DNA from: an uncultured Deferribacteres bacterium
GTDB taxonomy: Bacteria; Zhuqueibacterota; Zhuqueibacteria; Zhuqueibacterales; Geothermadaptataceae
Assembly: GCA_964014485.1 (NCBI GenBank)
Contig: CAXHAT010000118.1
Location: forward strand, 1 to 24,772
DNA: 24,772 nt
Direction of reading: 5' to 3'
Below, in pieces: positions 6,996-16,419 of the stretch. A program made the position numbers and the translations under genes. The notes under the pieces are model-generated. The model ran no database searches. It saw nothing but the letters and a program-made list of their open reading frames with translations, and was not told the origin of the DNA. The stretch's first letter is position 1. Each line of letters starts with the position of its first letter.

Positions 6996-9482
6996 TTAGC
7001 GCATCGACGTTGTGCGCTTTTCTTTCTCTTTCTTGGGCTTGGCGTTTTTGACGTAAGTTTCCAGCCAATTGTACGTTTCCCACATCATGTGCAGTACGGA
7101 TTCGCGGGCGCGATAGCCGTGGCTTTCGTTGGGCAACATCACCAGCCGCGCCTTGGCGCCGTGCCCTTTGAGCGCATGATAGTACCGCTCGCTTTGCATA
7201 GGAAAAGTGCCTGAATTATTGTCCGCCGCACCGTGAATCAGCAGAATCGGCTCGTTGACTTTTTGTGCATGCATGAACGGCGACATGGCAAAATAAGTCT
7301 CAGGCGCTTCCCAAAAAGTGCGCTGCTCCGCCTGAAAACCAAACGGCGTCAGCGTGCGGTTATAGGCGCCGCTTCGTGCAATGCCTGCCGCAAACAAATC
7401 GGAGTGCGCCAGCAAATTCGCAGTCATAAATGCGCCGTAAGAATGCCCGCCAATGGCGATTTTCTCAGGATCGGCGACGCCGCGACGAACAACTTCATCC
7501 ACCGCAGCTTTGGCGCTGCCGACAAGCTGCTCGACGAACGTGTCGTTAGACTCTTGCTCGCCTTCGCCAATAATCGGCATTGCCGGATCGTCCAGAACGG
7601 CGTAGCCCATTGAAAGCCACACCACCGGCGACGACCAGCGTACGCGTACAAATTGGTGCGGCGAACCGCGCATTTGGCTGGCGGCGTCGGCGCTTTTGAA
7701 CTCGCGCGGATAGGCCCACATTAGCATGGGCAGCGGTCCGTCTTCCGGTTTGTAGCCCGGCGGCAAGTATAGATTGCCGCTGAGTTTAACGCCGTCTTCA
7801 CGCTCAAATTGAATGATTTCTTTTTGCACGTCAGCCAGAGAAGGAGCAGGATGCGGGAAGTCGGTGAGTTGAGTTAACTTGCCGGATTTGATGGAGCGCA
7901 AATAATAGTTTGGCTGCTCGGTCTTGGTTTCCCGGCGTGTTAAGGCGATCATTTTTTTTGCGTCAATAATTGCCGCGGGATATTCGTAATGCGGCGGTTC
8001 CGAACGCCAGAGCCGTTTCTTCTTTTGCGTCTTGACATCAAATTCGTCAATAAACGGACGGTCGCCTTCATCCGAAGCGCCGCTGCCGGTGAAATAAAGT
8101 TTGCTCCCTTTCGCGTCCGTTTGCAAAACATATTGGCCGCGCGCATCGGCGACCATGGTTGGACTGCCGGGGTTGTTGTAGCGATCCTGCCACGAATAAT
8201 CGACCAAAAGTGTTTTTTGACCGTCGCTCTTGCCGGGCTGAACCGCCCACGAACGCACTTGGCGCGTCTGCCACCACCGTTCTGAAACCAGCGCCAAACC
8301 GTCGTGCGCCCACTGTATGCCTGCGTAACGATAGCCGAGCGAAATCAATGGCTTTGGGTCGCCGTCAAACGGAGCGGCCTGTGTGTAGACAATATCTCGA
8401 ATTTCCGCTTCCGCGCGAACATTGCCGTCGTCCTGCGCTTCCGTCCAATAAATCGTCGCGTCAGCATCTGCGCGCCAGCCAAAGGAGCGCGGGCCGGTAG
8501 GCACTGAGCCAAAGCCGATGGGGACGTTTTCAGCCAAAGGCAGGTCGGCGATCTGCTTGACGAGCTTGCCGTCCATGTCCCAAACTTCAACCGTGTAAGG
8601 GAAACGATAAACCGGCACGAGATATGAAAACGGGCGATGAATCGTCTCGACCAAAAGCCGCGCGCCGTCCGGGGAAGGCTCGGCTCGCTCATAAAGCGCT
8701 GTTTTGCTGATTTGCTTCGTTGCGCCGTCAAGCGTGACTTTGACGATTTGCGAAGACAAGTACCACGCAAAAACTTTTTCGTCGTGAGGGTTCTTCAATA
8801 AATCCTGGTAGGTGCGCGCCGGGGCTTTGCGTCCAGTCGTTTCCTGAATAACAGGGCCGCCGGGCACGAGAGATTCTTGAGGCAGGTCTCCCCTATCGTT
8901 AGCCGTGACTTTACAGATGATCGTGCGGCTGTCCGAAACCCATTTGAACGGCGAGCCATAAGCGGCGTTCAATTTGCGATCCAGCAGTCTTTTCGCATCG
9001 CACGTTTTAACGTCCGCAACCCAAAGCGTCAAACCGGATTGATCGGTGACGGAAAAAGCAATCGTCTTTCCGTCTGGCGCCCAGCTTACATTTTGAATGC
9101 GCGCATTCTGCGGAAGGTCGTTAATTGCCTGTTCTTCGCCGCCGCTCAAACTCTTGATTTTAAATCCGGTGTAATAGCTTCGGCGGCTCGGCCCATTCGT
9201 TCGCGGGTTAATGCGCATCCCGCCAATGCGCAATTCCGGCTGTGACAATTCTTCAATCGATGGCAAGCTCGGACGCTCCATGAGCAGCATCCATTTCCCG
9301 GTCGGATCGATGCTGACGCCGGGCGTTGTCGGCGCGTCAACTAAGTCGACCAGCGTTTTTGGCGGCGTTTTATAAACCGGCGCTGTATCGTCTTGTGAAT
9401 AGACGACGTTCGCCATCATCGCAAAAGCCAGAACAGTTGGCAAAAAAAGCTGTCTTGAAAAACCCAAGGAATGCGTGCGCAT
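6996..9482 (-). CDS. S9 family (prolyl oligopeptidase-like) serine peptidase, glutamyl endopeptidase-like, secreted
   Basis: Nucleophile motif GGHSYG, HGAADNNSGT (Asp), ESHGY (His), and an N-terminal propeller region (WAPDG, SPDG). Start set at ATG 9482 (MRTHS..., signal peptide ending VYS-Q) after GAGGGAAG; the ORF track starts at 9563. Confidence 0.88.
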   Translation of the reverse strand: MRTHSLGFSRQLFLPTVLAFAMMANVVYSQDDTAPVYKTPPKTLVDLVDAPTTPGVSIDPTGKWMLLMERPSLPSIEELSQPELRIGGMRINPRTNGPSRRSYYTGFKIKSLSGGEEQAINDLPQNARIQNVSWAPDGKTIAFSVTDQSGLTLWVADVKTCDAKRLLDRKLNAAYGSPFKWVSDSRTIICKVTANDRGDLPQESLVPGGPVIQETTGRKAPARTYQDLLKNPHDEKVFAWYLSSQIVKVTLDGATKQISKTALYERAEPSPDGARLLVETIHRPFSYLVPVYRFPYTVEVWDMDGKLVKQIADLPLAENVPIGFGSVPTGPRSFGWRADADATIYWTEAQDDGNVRAEAEIRDIVYTQAAPFDGDPKPLISLGYRYAGIQWAHDGLALVSERWWQTRQVRSWAVQPGKSDGQKTLLVDYSWQDRYNNPGSPTMVADARGQYVLQTDAKGSKLYFTGSGASDEGDRPFIDEFDVKTQKKKRLWRSEPPHYEYPAAIIDAKKMIALTRRETKTEQPNYYLRSIKSGKLTQLTDFPHPAPSLADVQKEIIQFEREDGVKLSGNLYLPPGYKPEDGPLPMLMWAYPREFKSADAASQMRGSPHQFVRVRWSSPVVWLSMGYAVLDDPAMPIIGEGEQESNDTFVEQLVGSAKAAVDEVVRRGVADPEKIAIGGHSYGAFMTANLLAHSDLFAAGIARSGAYNRTLTPFGFQAEQRTFWEAPETYFAMSPFMHAQKVNEPILLIHGAADNNSGTFPMQSERYYHALKGHGAKARLVMLPNESHGYRARESVLHMMWETYNWLETYVKNAKPKKEKEKRTTSMR

Positions 9483-9571
9483 GATCTTCCCTCGCTTTTT
9501 GGTGGTGAGCGTTTTAGCGAAGATACACGCGCTTTTCAGGCAAAGCAAGAAGTTCAGCGCCATTCACAGAT

Positions 9572-11395
9572 TTACCCGTACTTCTCCTTTTTCCTGGCTG
9601 ATGCGCGTTTGCCGGCATCTAATTCCATCTTGCGCAGGCGGATGCTTTGCGGCGTGATTTCCACCAATTCATCTTCGGCAATGAATTCGATGGATTGATC
9701 CAACGAAAGCAGTTTTGGCGGGCGGAGCGTAACTGTCGCTTCCGCCGTTGAGCTGCGCATGTTGGTCAGTTTCTTTTCGCGCGTGATGTTCACGCTCAAA
9801 TCCACGCTGCGGTTGCGTTCGCCGATCACCATCCCGGCGTAAACTTCCGTGCCAGTAGGGATGAATAATTCGCCGCGATCAACCATGCCCAGGCTGGCGT
9901 AAGTTGTGGCTTTCCCTGTGCGATCCGCGACCAACGCCCCTGTGATGCGCTGCGGAATCGGCCCGCTCCATTCGGCGTAGCCTTCAAAAAGTGCGTTCAT
10001 AATTCCGGCGCCGCGCGTGTCAGTCAAAAACTGGCTGCGAAAGCCGATCAACCCGCGTGACGGAATAACGAATTCCATCGATACGCGACCGTGCCCATGA
10101 TTCTGCATATTTTGCATACGCCCGCGGCGCGTTGAGAGCTTTTCGGTGAGCACGCCGACATGGTCTTCGGGTATGTCGAGAAAAACACGTTCCAGCGGCT
10201 CCATGATTTTGCCGTTTTCTTCTTTGGTGATGACTCGCGGTTTTGAGACCATAAACTCATAGCCCTCGCGCCGCATCGTTTCGATCAAAATCGCCATCTG
10301 CAACTCGCCGCGCCCGCAAACTTCGAAAGCGTCGGCGCGTTCGGTCGATTTAACCTGCAGCGAGACATTACTGAGAATTTCCTTTTGTAAACGTTCGCTC
10401 AGATTGCGCGAGGTCAAATACTTGCCTTCCTTCCCGGCAAACGGACTGTTGTTGACGTAAAAAATCATCGAGACGGTCGGTTCGTCAATTTTTATACGCG
10501 GCAACGGTTGCGGATTTTCCTCATCAGAAATGGTGTCGCCGATTTTGACGTTTTCAACTCCGGCAACCGCGATAATATCGCCCGCTTCCAGCTTCTGCAC
10601 TGGGGTTTTTCGCAGCCCGCGAAAAGTGTAGCAGGCTGAAAATTTGATGCCCTTTTTCGTCTCGTTTTCCCCGCAAAGACTATAAGTCTTGTTCATTTCT
10701 AAAACGCCGTTGCTCAACCTGCCAATCGCCACTTGACCGACGTAGGAATCATAATCCAGATTAGTCACCAAAAACTGCGGCGTGTAGTCGTCGCTGGCAA
10801 TCGGTCCGGGAATCTCACTGAGAATCGTTTTGAACAATGGCCGCAAGTCAACGGAATCATCGCCCATCTTTTCGTGCGCCACGCCTTCTTTGGCATTGGT
10901 AAACAAGATCGGAAATTCGATTTGCTCTTCGGAAGCGTCGAGGTCGATGAATAAATCATAAACCTCGTTGATCACTTCGTCGATCCGAGCGTCCTTGCGG
11001 TCGATTTTGTTGATGACCAGAATGATCGGCAAGTTTTTCGCCAACGCTTTTTTCACCACAAAGCGCGTTTGCGGCAGCGGGCCTTCGCTGGCGTCAACGA
11101 GCAGCAGCGCGCCGTCGACCAGGTTCAGGCTGCGCTCCACCTCGCCGCCAAAATCAGCGTGCCCCGGCGTGTCGATAATATTGATTTTGATATCGTTGAG
11201 CCAAACGGCGGTATTCTTCGCCATGATTGTAATACCGCGTTCGCGTTCCAGATCCATCGAATCCATCACGCGCTCCGCCATTTCCTGATTTTCACGGAAG
11301 GTTCCGCTCTGGCGCAACATGCCGTCGACTAAAGTGGTTTTGCCGTGATCGACGTGCGCGATAATAGCAATATTTCTAAAGTTTTCTTTTCTCAT
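9572..11395 (-). CDS. typA: Translational GTPase TypA/BipA
   Basis: Motifs RNIAIIAHVDHGKTTLVD, ERERGITI, DTPGHADFGGEVER, NKID, GRGELQ, SRGLIG, KKLTNMRS, DELVEITP. Confidence 0.97.
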   Translation of the reverse strand: MRKENFRNIAIIAHVDHGKTTLVDGMLRQSGTFRENQEMAERVMDSMDLERERGITIMAKNTAVWLNDIKINIIDTPGHADFGGEVERSLNLVDGALLLVDASEGPLPQTRFVVKKALAKNLPIILVINKIDRKDARIDEVINEVYDLFIDLDASEEQIEFPILFTNAKEGVAHEKMGDDSVDLRPLFKTILSEIPGPIASDDYTPQFLVTNLDYDSYVGQVAIGRLSNGVLEMNKTYSLCGENETKKGIKFSACYTFRGLRKTPVQKLEAGDIIAVAGVENVKIGDTISDEENPQPLPRIKIDEPTVSMIFYVNNSPFAGKEGKYLTSRNLSERLQKEILSNVSLQVKSTERADAFEVCGRGELQMAILIETMRREGYEFMVSKPRVITKEENGKIMEPLERVFLDIPEDHVGVLTEKLSTRRGRMQNMQNHGHGRVSMEFVIPSRGLIGFRSQFLTDTRGAGIMNALFEGYAEWSGPIPQRITGALVADRTGKATTYASLGMVDRGELFIPTGTEVYAGMVIGERNRSVDLSVNITREKKLTNMRSSTAEATVTLRPPKLLSLDQSIEFIAEDELVEITPQSIRLRKMELDAGKRASARKKEKYG

Positions 11396-11730
11396 CTTAA
11401 TAATCTATTTTTCTCAAATTTTTAATTTAAAAAACACTCGTGTTTTGAGAGCATTTCCTCAATTGAAGCTCGTCCGGCTCTTCTAATGTGCAATGCCAGC
11501 TCAAGCGAAAGGCAAAGTCACTCTCTGAACAAAATCAGAATGTCCGAAGACGACTCGCGTTTTGCCTGGACGAAGCCCTTCGCCAAGATCAGGCGAAAAC
11601 CGCCAGTATCGAGCTTGGCGTCCCAGAACTCAGCTTGTTAAGAATTTAGTTTAAAATTATCCCGGCGTACGGGACTCGGGAGGCTTTGGGGCTGATTAAT
11701 CGTGGGAATCGTCATAAAAAAGCGCCGGAA

Positions 11731-11759
11731 AGAATAAAAAATCGAGGCGTGAAGTGCAA
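11731..11759 (-). promoter_or_regulatory. Putative sigma70 promoter for typA
   Basis: Minus strand TTGCAC (11759-11754), 17-nt spacer, TATTCT (11736-11731). This implies a leader of about 330 nt. Confidence 0.55.
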
Positions 11760-11781
11760 GGCAAATTACTGAGCAGTTTGA

Positions 11782-13131
11782 TTACTTGAGTCTAAATACT
11801 GCCGTTCGCTCATCTTTGCCAACTACGAGAATTCTATTGTCAGACAGTAACCCGCTTGAAAATCTCATTGTGTTTGCCAATGTGGGAGGAATTGTTGCCA
11901 AGCCTTCTCGCGTGCGAGCGTTGATATCAAAAAGTGAGGGGGTAATGTCTGCGTTGTTTGACCCAGTTAGGGTGAGAATCTTGCTAGGTTCAATCTCAAA
12001 GCCAAAGAAAAAATGATTACCATAAGCACGCACCCTAATAACGGTCCACCTGTCTTCTGCCGGATCATAGATTTCGGAGGGCTCGTCTGGTTCAGTGCCG
12101 CCATCAACAAACACTTGGCCGTTTGCAAGGCTAAGGCTGTTAAAGTCTACTCTTTTCAGGCGCATCGAGCCGGCCTTACGCCAAGTCATTGCAACAGGAT
12201 CAAAGATCTCGCAAGTCGCGGTTATAACAGACGTATGCCGCCAGAATCCACCTGCGATCAGCACTTCTCCGTTTGCCAAAGGAGTCAATGTGTGAGAATA
12301 ACGATAATTTGCAGGCAGCGGCGCCAATGAGAAGCTTTTAGCGTCAGGTTCATATAATTCGACTACTGGTTCGCGTGCGTCTATATCACTAACGGCAGTA
12401 ACAAGAACTCTACCATCTTGCAAGGTTATCATACTGGCGCCTCGAGAAAGAAACTGTTTTGCCTTCAGTTGTCCGCCATTCTCGAATCCGATTGTTTGCG
12501 GGTTAAATATTTCCGCGATTGGACCGCCCCCATCGCCCGCGCTCCTGACGCCGAGAATGAGGACGCGACCATCTTTCAAGAGTGTAGTCAGTCCACTAAC
12601 CGATTGAACTTTCCCGACTGGAATCCACTCACTTTCTCCGATTCTTAACAACTCTGATTCGCCGCCCCAGCTAACAACAAGAACGTCCCCATTTTGCAGC
12701 ATTACCATACTTACATTTTGACGCGATCCATGTAAAACTGGTCCCGGTCTCCAATGTCCCGCTTCTATTGTCGGCGATTCTATAAACGGTCCGTCCTTTT
12801 TGTCTCCGTTCGCCTGAATCCGATAGGAATATGTGCCAAGCGCTTTAGCGGAATCTTCAAAAGCAGTCGTATTCGCTTCAAGTTGCGCAAGAAAAGCAAA
12901 CGGTTCATCATTGATAGAACGTTCAAGAACATAATGATCTTCGTGCTTGCTGTTATCTTTCCAGGAAACATGAATAACATCGTCGTACCGCAAAAAAAAC
13001 GTAACTTCTGAAGGCGGATTTGGAATAAAGGTCTCGCTATCAGGCGGGTCAGGGTTATTACGCTCTAGCCTGGTTGGCGTCTCACATGCATATATGAATA
13101 TGCCGACGAGAACCACAGACAGAAACTTCAT
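11782..13131 (-). CDS. Lipoprotein with fibronectin type III domain and kelch/galactose-oxidase-type beta-propeller
   Basis: Lipobox IYAC. Fn3 region (SWKDNS...YVLERS...YSYRIQA). Repeated L.dG.Vl..GG blades (LQNGDVLV, LKDGRVLI, LQDGRVLV, LANGEVLIAGG, LANGQVFVDGG, LSDNRILV). AAGGAG RBS. Confidence 0.8.
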   Translation of the reverse strand: MKFLSVVLVGIFIYACETPTRLERNNPDPPDSETFIPNPPSEVTFFLRYDDVIHVSWKDNSKHEDHYVLERSINDEPFAFLAQLEANTTAFEDSAKALGTYSYRIQANGDKKDGPFIESPTIEAGHWRPGPVLHGSRQNVSMVMLQNGDVLVVSWGGESELLRIGESEWIPVGKVQSVSGLTTLLKDGRVLILGVRSAGDGGGPIAEIFNPQTIGFENGGQLKAKQFLSRGASMITLQDGRVLVTAVSDIDAREPVVELYEPDAKSFSLAPLPANYRYSHTLTPLANGEVLIAGGFWRHTSVITATCEIFDPVAMTWRKAGSMRLKRVDFNSLSLANGQVFVDGGTEPDEPSEIYDPAEDRWTVIRVRAYGNHFFFGFEIEPSKILTLTGSNNADITPSLFDINARTREGLATIPPTLANTMRFSSGLLSDNRILVVGKDERTAVFRLK

Positions 13132-13159
13132 TTTAAATTCTCCTTACACTTAGGGGGCC

Positions 13160-14230
13160 TCAAAATGAGAGTCTGTATTGAACCCCAGTCCCATTTGGTT
13201 TGGATTGCGGTTGGATGAAGAAACTGATTTTTCCGATACTCTGCCTGAAACCGCCTCGCGGTTTCTTAAAAGCGTCTACGATATTGAACAAAGCCAACCC
13301 CGCGCTCACACCCCAAAAAACGTTTCGTGTCCGTGCAGCATTTCGCGCGTTTGTAAATCTTTGCTCGGTTTGTAATTCCAGCTCATTCTTCTGCGCTTCG
13401 GAAAGAAACTCGAGGCTTTTTTGAACCAACTCCAAGTATTCATCATTTTGATTTTGGAATCTTTGATGAAATCGCATGCCAGTTAGAATTGAACCCGTTA
13501 CGCTCACAAAAAACAGCGCGCTTTTATTTCGTTCCCCTGTATATAGCTGACTGGCTCCAGGAACAAACGCCAAAGCTTGTACAAGAGACTTTTTCGGCTT
13601 ATTGAACATTTTAACTTGAGCAAATCGATTAGCTTGCACCATTACTCTTTTTGATGACGAACCAGTCAATGGATTTACCGTTGAAACCAAGCGTTTCCCC
13701 GGTATAACATCCAACCGAACAAAACCGAAACCAACTGCTTTCTTATCAACAAAAACTTGGGAATCATGATCTGTGACAACAATTAAATTGACGCCTTCCT
13801 TCAGGCTTAGATAACTGCTGTGTTTGCGATACATCGCAGTGCTGACCTTCGACTGAAAATTAATTCTATAAACCGTACTCTTGCCAGCCGCTACATGAGT
13901 CATAAAATGATGATCTATAAAAGTTTTGCCTGCAAGGATAATTTCGTGCGCTCCATCACTCAGCAAAATCGTATCATTGGAAGAAATCTCTAAAAAGTTT
14001 GAAAAATCATTATCGATGATAACCAGTAGAGAATCTACGTTGGTCTCAATAATCAAGTAGCCGGATGAACTGTTCGCCTTGGCGGTTCTAAACAATTTTG
14101 TTTCGCCCGCTTCCAAAACTTGAACAACGATTAGATAGAAAAACAGCGAAAAGATGAAAAATGAAAATTTGTTTTTACGAGAAGACCGCCAAAGAATGTC
14201 GAATCGCAATTTGTGGTATGACAAAACCAT
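13160..14230 (-). CDS. Exported PEGA-like domain protein with DUF5683-like C-terminal membrane region
   Basis: N-terminal hydrophobic signal. Two PEGA-like repeats (GYLIIETNVDS..VIID..GAHEI; NLIVVTD..SQVFVD..PGKRLV). AFVPGASQLYTG motif, two hydrophobic segments, C-terminus VQYRLSF. Confidence 0.6.
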   Translation of the reverse strand: MVLSYHKLRFDILWRSSRKNKFSFFIFSLFFYLIVVQVLEAGETKLFRTAKANSSSGYLIIETNVDSLLVIIDNDFSNFLEISSNDTILLSDGAHEIILAGKTFIDHHFMTHVAAGKSTVYRINFQSKVSTAMYRKHSSYLSLKEGVNLIVVTDHDSQVFVDKKAVGFGFVRLDVIPGKRLVSTVNPLTGSSSKRVMVQANRFAQVKMFNKPKKSLVQALAFVPGASQLYTGERNKSALFFVSVTGSILTGMRFHQRFQNQNDEYLELVQKSLEFLSEAQKNELELQTEQRFTNARNAARTRNVFWGVSAGLALFNIVDAFKKPRGGFRQSIGKISFFIQPQSKPNGTGVQYRLSF

Positions 14231-14430
14231 TACCCCTGAGATAGCATTATTTTGGGTTATTGCTAATGCCTCCCTAATAAAGGATTATTGTTGAATGATG
14301 CAAATAATTTGCTATTAAACTAATTTTTTGCTCGTTTGCTCGGTAGAATCGCCTTGTTAAATATGACCAAATTGTTAATCTATGAGCCGAAATTATCCGT
14401 TTAACCGCTTATCAAAATGAAGAGTAAAGG

Positions 14431-16419
14431 ATGTCGTCAGAGGCGCCTTTTACCCAGATTCCCAATCCCTACATTGTCGGAAACCCGATCAAGTCCGCCG
14501 ACATGTTTTACGGACGGCAGGACGAATTTGAATTCGCCCGGCGGAAAATAGAAAGCGGCGACAAGAACTACGTGATTGTTTTCTGCGGCGAACGTCGCAG
14601 CGGTAAAACTTCCATCCTTTTCCAAATTCTGTCCGGCAGGCTGGGCGATCTTTTTTTGCCCGTATTGATCGACATGCAAACGATGGCCGGACTGAAAAGC
14701 GACGACGACTTTTTCCACGAAATTTCCCTTGAAATTTGCCGCGCCTTAAAGCACGATGCTATTCGTTTCCGAGATTACCGTTTCGACGCTTCAGCAAACG
14801 GGCCTTACAAAGCTTTCCAAAATCTGCTCGACAAAGTCTTTCTCGCTCACTCGGGCAAACACTTGATTCTGATGATCGATGAGTATGAGCTCATCGAACA
14901 GAAATTTGACGACGGCTCGCTCTCGGTGGACGTCATCCCGTTTTTTTCGGGATTGCTGGAGCGCAGTCAACGTCTGAGTTTCGTGTTTACCGGCTCGATG
15001 CAGTTGGAAAAGCGCTCACGCATTGAATATTGGCGAATGCTGTTCGGCAAATCGCTCTACCGGCGGATCAGCTTTTTTTCTGAAAAAGAAACGCTGCGTC
15101 TCATCCTTGAACCCACAAAAGGCAGCCTCGATTTTCCGCCAGAACAAGCCAAGGCCATCTACGCACTCACGGCAGGCCAGCCGTTTTATACCCAGGTTTT
15201 TTGCCAAAATCTGATCGATCACCTGAACGAACATCAAAAGGCAACTGTTGAAGCGGAAGACGTTGAAGCGGTGACGCGCGGAGTGATTGAAAACCCGCTG
15301 CCGCAGATGCTTTATGTCTGGGACAGCCTCAGCTCAAACGAGCGTTTGGCGCTGTCTGTTTTGGCTGAGTTTCAAACGCAAAACGCCGCCAAGTTTTGGA
15401 CTGCGAGCGACGTTATCAAATTTTTGAAGAAAAAAGACGTTGTCTTGAACTTGCCGCACAAGGATTTGGCCGCCGCTCTGGAATTTTTGTATGAGAGAGA
15501 GCTTGTCAGAAAATCCGGCGAAAAATATCGTTTGCAAATTGAGTTGCTCGGGCACTGGGTGCGTCAGGAGCATTCATTTTGGAAAACTCTCCAGGAATTG
15601 CAAACCGACGAGCCGAAGTACGCGCAAGAACGTCCAAAAAGAAAGTTCCTTTACGCTGCGTTTGCGGCAGTCGTGATTTCTGCGCTGGGATTTTTCTATT
15701 GGTTTCAACAACAAAAAGCACCGGATTTAGCCCAGTTAGGCGAACCAGCGCCAGAAACCACCGATCAAGCCCTTAGCGACTCAAGTATTATCATCCAGCC
15801 TTCGGACTCGCTTCGTTTAGCCGAAATGGAAAACAATCGATCAACCACAGAAGAACGGCAACCTCAAGCAACCGATTCGCCCGAGCCTTTAGAGCTTCGC
15901 CCCTTCTCTGAGCAGCCTAAAAAAACTGTTGTTGAGCTGAAACAACTCATTGTTACTTCAAACGTCATTGAAGCGACGGTAAAACTTTTTACGGAAGATT
16001 CAATTCTCCTTGATCAAAAGTTGACTGGCTCCCCGTTCTTTGATCTCGATCCAGAGAGGAAATACCACTACTTGGTAGAAAAGGCAGGCTACCATACGCC
16101 CGCGAAAAAAGATTTACGATTTGGCTCTGGGCCGGTCACAACAATACATGAGGAATTACGGGAGATACGTCCGGCGCGAGTGCATTTCAAAATTATTCCT
16201 ACTGCGGAACAAATTATTATAGACGGCTCTGTCGTCTCCAGGAATAAAGATTCCTTTGAAACAAAATTAGAGCCCGGCAGCCATAGAATTCAAATTAAAA
16301 ATACCAAGCATGGCGATTTCGAAGTTTCTATTCACGTACAATCAGAAGAGAATTCACATTATCTCATAGACCTGCTTAGCAAGCCGGCGTCAATTCAAAA
16401 ATCAGGGGAGAATCAATGA
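14431..16419 (+). CDS. STAND-like P-loop ATPase with single TM helix and extracytoplasmic PEGA-like domains
   Basis: NPYIVGNP..FYGR, Walker A GERRSGKTS (14587-14613), Walker B LILMIDE, VFTGS, LTAGQPF (GxP), wHTH-like region. RPKRK precedes the TM helix at 15646-15705. A Pro/Ser/Glu linker and PEGA-like C-terminus (IIIDG...LEPGSHRIQI) follow. Confidence 0.78.
   Translation: MSSEAPFTQIPNPYIVGNPIKSADMFYGRQDEFEFARRKIESGDKNYVIVFCGERRSGKTSILFQILSGRLGDLFLPVLIDMQTMAGLKSDDDFFHEISLEICRALKHDAIRFRDYRFDASANGPYKAFQNLLDKVFLAHSGKHLILMIDEYELIEQKFDDGSLSVDVIPFFSGLLERSQRLSFVFTGSMQLEKRSRIEYWRMLFGKSLYRRISFFSEKETLRLILEPTKGSLDFPPEQAKAIYALTAGQPFYTQVFCQNLIDHLNEHQKATVEAEDVEAVTRGVIENPLPQMLYVWDSLSSNERLALSVLAEFQTQNAAKFWTASDVIKFLKKKDVVLNLPHKDLAAALEFLYERELVRKSGEKYRLQIELLGHWVRQEHSFWKTLQELQTDEPKYAQERPKRKFLYAAFAAVVISALGFFYWFQQQKAPDLAQLGEPAPETTDQALSDSSIIIQPSDSLRLAEMENNRSTTEERQPQATDSPEPLELRPFSEQPKKTVVELKQLIVTSNVIEATVKLFTEDSILLDQKLTGSPFFDLDPERKYHYLVEKAGYHTPAKKDLRFGSGPVTTIHEELREIRPARVHFKIIPTAEQIIIDGSVVSRNKDSFETKLEPGSHRIQIKNTKHGDFEVSIHVQSEENSHYLIDLLSKPASIQKSGENQ

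Noticed and set aside
9483..9563. N-terminal extensions in the ORF track for the S9 peptidase (also for the pfkB-like gene and purE)
   Set aside because: Downstream ATGs have better RBSs and give family-typical N-termini.
11600..11630. GGGACGCCAAGC resembling part of a c-di-GMP-I riboswitch
   Set aside because: The upstream GGCAAA and GNRA-capped P2 stem are not in the required order.
11638..11715. 25-aa uORF (MTIPTINQPQSLPSPVRRDNFKLNS) in the typA leader, minus strand
   Set aside because: No Shine-Dalgarno sequence and no telling codon run. It cannot be supported without ribosome profiling or conservation data.
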